Positions 62,209-64,000 of a stretch of DNA of 64,000 bases are shown in pieces (the first letter of the stretch is position 1; each line of letters opens with the position of its first letter). Below the pieces are notes generated by a model. It ran no database searches. It had not been told where the DNA came from and saw nothing but the letters and a program-made list of their open reading frames with translations. The translations under genes were made by a program, and so were the position numbers. This DNA comes from Selaginella moellendorffii (Eukaryota > Plantae > Lycopodiophyta): assembly GCF_000143415.4 (NCBI RefSeq), contig NW_003314276.1, positions 2,479,072 to 2,543,071 on the forward strand, written 5' to 3'.

Positions 62209-64000
62209 TGTAAGCCACAAATTTTTCCTTTCCACTTTGCCAGCTTACCTCGCCTATCCGTCCAACACTACCTTGGCTTTTGCTAAGTTCCCTCGCCAAG
62301 GTTCTCGCCTATGGTACCAGCTCCTACTTGGTTTCAGCTATTCACTGCACGAGCAACGGAGTGTTAGCCATCCTTCCATGGATTCCCAAATCACTCCCAA
62401 TCCCCCTCCCCGGGTTAGACTGGACTTAAGGTTCGGCTACACTCCCCGCAAGCACAAGCAGCCAAGCACACCAAGCTTCCAGGTTCCTAACATCCCTTGG
62501 TACCACAAGACTTGATCACGGGACCCTCTAAATCCCAAGTCTTGAGTGCAACGCTTGCTTCGGGACGCCGGGGCGAAACACCGTGGCCTAGCGGCCCGGT
62601 ATGGGTACCTCTCGCCCCCCACTTCCATCCCGAAGGAAGGCCCAAGCCCCTAGGAAGGGCGAGGACCAATGAGCCGCATGGTACTCAAGTGGGGCACCAC
62701 TCCACATGAGCCGGGAGCACCGCAATCGGTTTCCCTTTCGGGAGTGGGAGCTGCTCTTGAGCACTTCCTTGGATGGCCCCTCCGGCACCAGCCAAGTCCA
62801 TGCTCACTCCCACCCAAGGCCCCTCGGTCCCAGTCCCAACCTCAAGTCGGTTTGGAAGCCCAACTGGAGAGTCCCTTCAAAACTGGTTCCTGGACCTCAC
62901 TATCCCTACTATACTTTTGGAACCCCCTGCAGCCCCCCCCCCCTGGGAGACGCACGCTTTGGGCTTTCACCCCTTGACCCGTATTAGTATTTGGACTTAG
63001 TCTCTGGCTCGATCTCAGACCCGATTTCGGATCCGACTTCGGATTCGGGTTCGGACTCGATCACGGACTCGATCTCGGACCCGATCTCGGACCCGACCTC
63101 AGACTCGACCTCGGACTCGGTCTTGGACCCGATCTCGGATCTTGGACTCCGTCTCGAACTCGGTCTCGAACTCGGACTCGAACTCGGTCCCCGAGTCGGT
63201 CTCGGACTCGATTCCGGACTCTATCTCGAACTCGGTCCTAGAGTCGGTCTTGGACTCGATCCTCGACTTGGTCCCATCCGATGAACTCTTTGTCATTTTG
63301 GTCAAGCTTTTGGGGATCCTTTAGCCTACGACATCTCGGGGAGTCGGTTCCTTACAACTCCACCACCCATAGAAGAAGTTCGATGCCCACATCGAACGTT
63401 TCGTTTTATCCTACGACTTGTTGTCCATGTCTCCGGGGGCATCCCCCCACTTAGCGGTGTGCCTAAGTTAGCCTCCCCGGCCAAGAGCCCATGACAACGG
63501 AATATAGGTGTCCCTATACTCCTCACCTCACCACGCCCTAGTATAGGGTCGGGACTTGAACCCAGCCTTGCTTTACTAGGGGGTTGGGACTCGAACCCAA
63601 CCTCCGTAGAATACGTCTACGGATTCGACATCCCCACAGGGAGTCGGGCGTAGTGCCCTACGCCTGGTCGACCTATCCAACCCATGCTAATTAGCTTACC
63701 TTTGGCGCGCCTTCGGGTCCCAACATATGCCACTTGCTCAACTTTGCAAATTGATATTTTTAATTGAATTTTGCATAAGTACATAAAGTTCTGCCTTGCA
63801 GAAATTCCTCCACTAGATCTCGAGCGTTCGCTAGGTTCTCCTCCGGTTCCCATGTTGCTTCGCAGTGTGGAAATCCTTTCCACTTCACATGGAACTCTCT
63901 CACCTCGCGTCCTTGTCGCTTGCTCTTGCGCGCATTGAGGATGGCCTCGACTTCGTATTCCTCTTCCCCTTGGATAACCTCAGGTAAAGGTCTCACTTGG
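62209..64000 (-). mobile_element. 3' end of a chromovirus (Ty3/Gypsy): integrase chromodomain, 3' UTR, PPT and 3' LTR (62209-63356)
   Basis: EEYEVEAILNAR...FHVKWKGFPHCEATWEPEENL (63760-63996); PPT TGGGTGGTGGAGT; LTR TGTAAG...CTTACA. Confidence 0.92.

Noticed and set aside
63540-63610. tRNA gene
   Set aside because: Only T-arm-like hairpins; no acceptor, D or anticodon arms are recognisable.

Overview
Plant heterochromatin made almost entirely of nested transposable elements, with four assembly gaps. The host is probably a non-seed land plant; uniformly 49-60 nt introns suggest a lycophyte such as Selaginella (inference). The only clear host gene is a secreted S-protein homologue (10209-10616). 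The main find is a complete 12.2-kb Mutator-like DNA transposon (34052-46289) with a perfect 9-bp TSD, inserted into the protease of a Ty3/Gypsy element. Besides a 4-exon GCM-like/DDE/SWIM transposase, it carries a divergent, intron-rich gene fusing a ParB/Srx-like domain to a bacterial-type beta-class N6A/N4C DNA-methyltransferase fold. It also carries two paralogous small Zn-finger genes, one more small ORF and palindromic repeat arrays. Four decayed fragments of the same family lie elsewhere in the window. Other elements: a Sola-like transposase, a tandem and self-nested 5S-rRNA-bearing Cassandra-type TRIM array, a young non-autonomous LTR element with 1.9-kb LTRs, chromovirus pieces, solo LTRs, a MITE and old Gypsy/Copia debris. 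All family assignments come from motif recognition by eye, not database searches.
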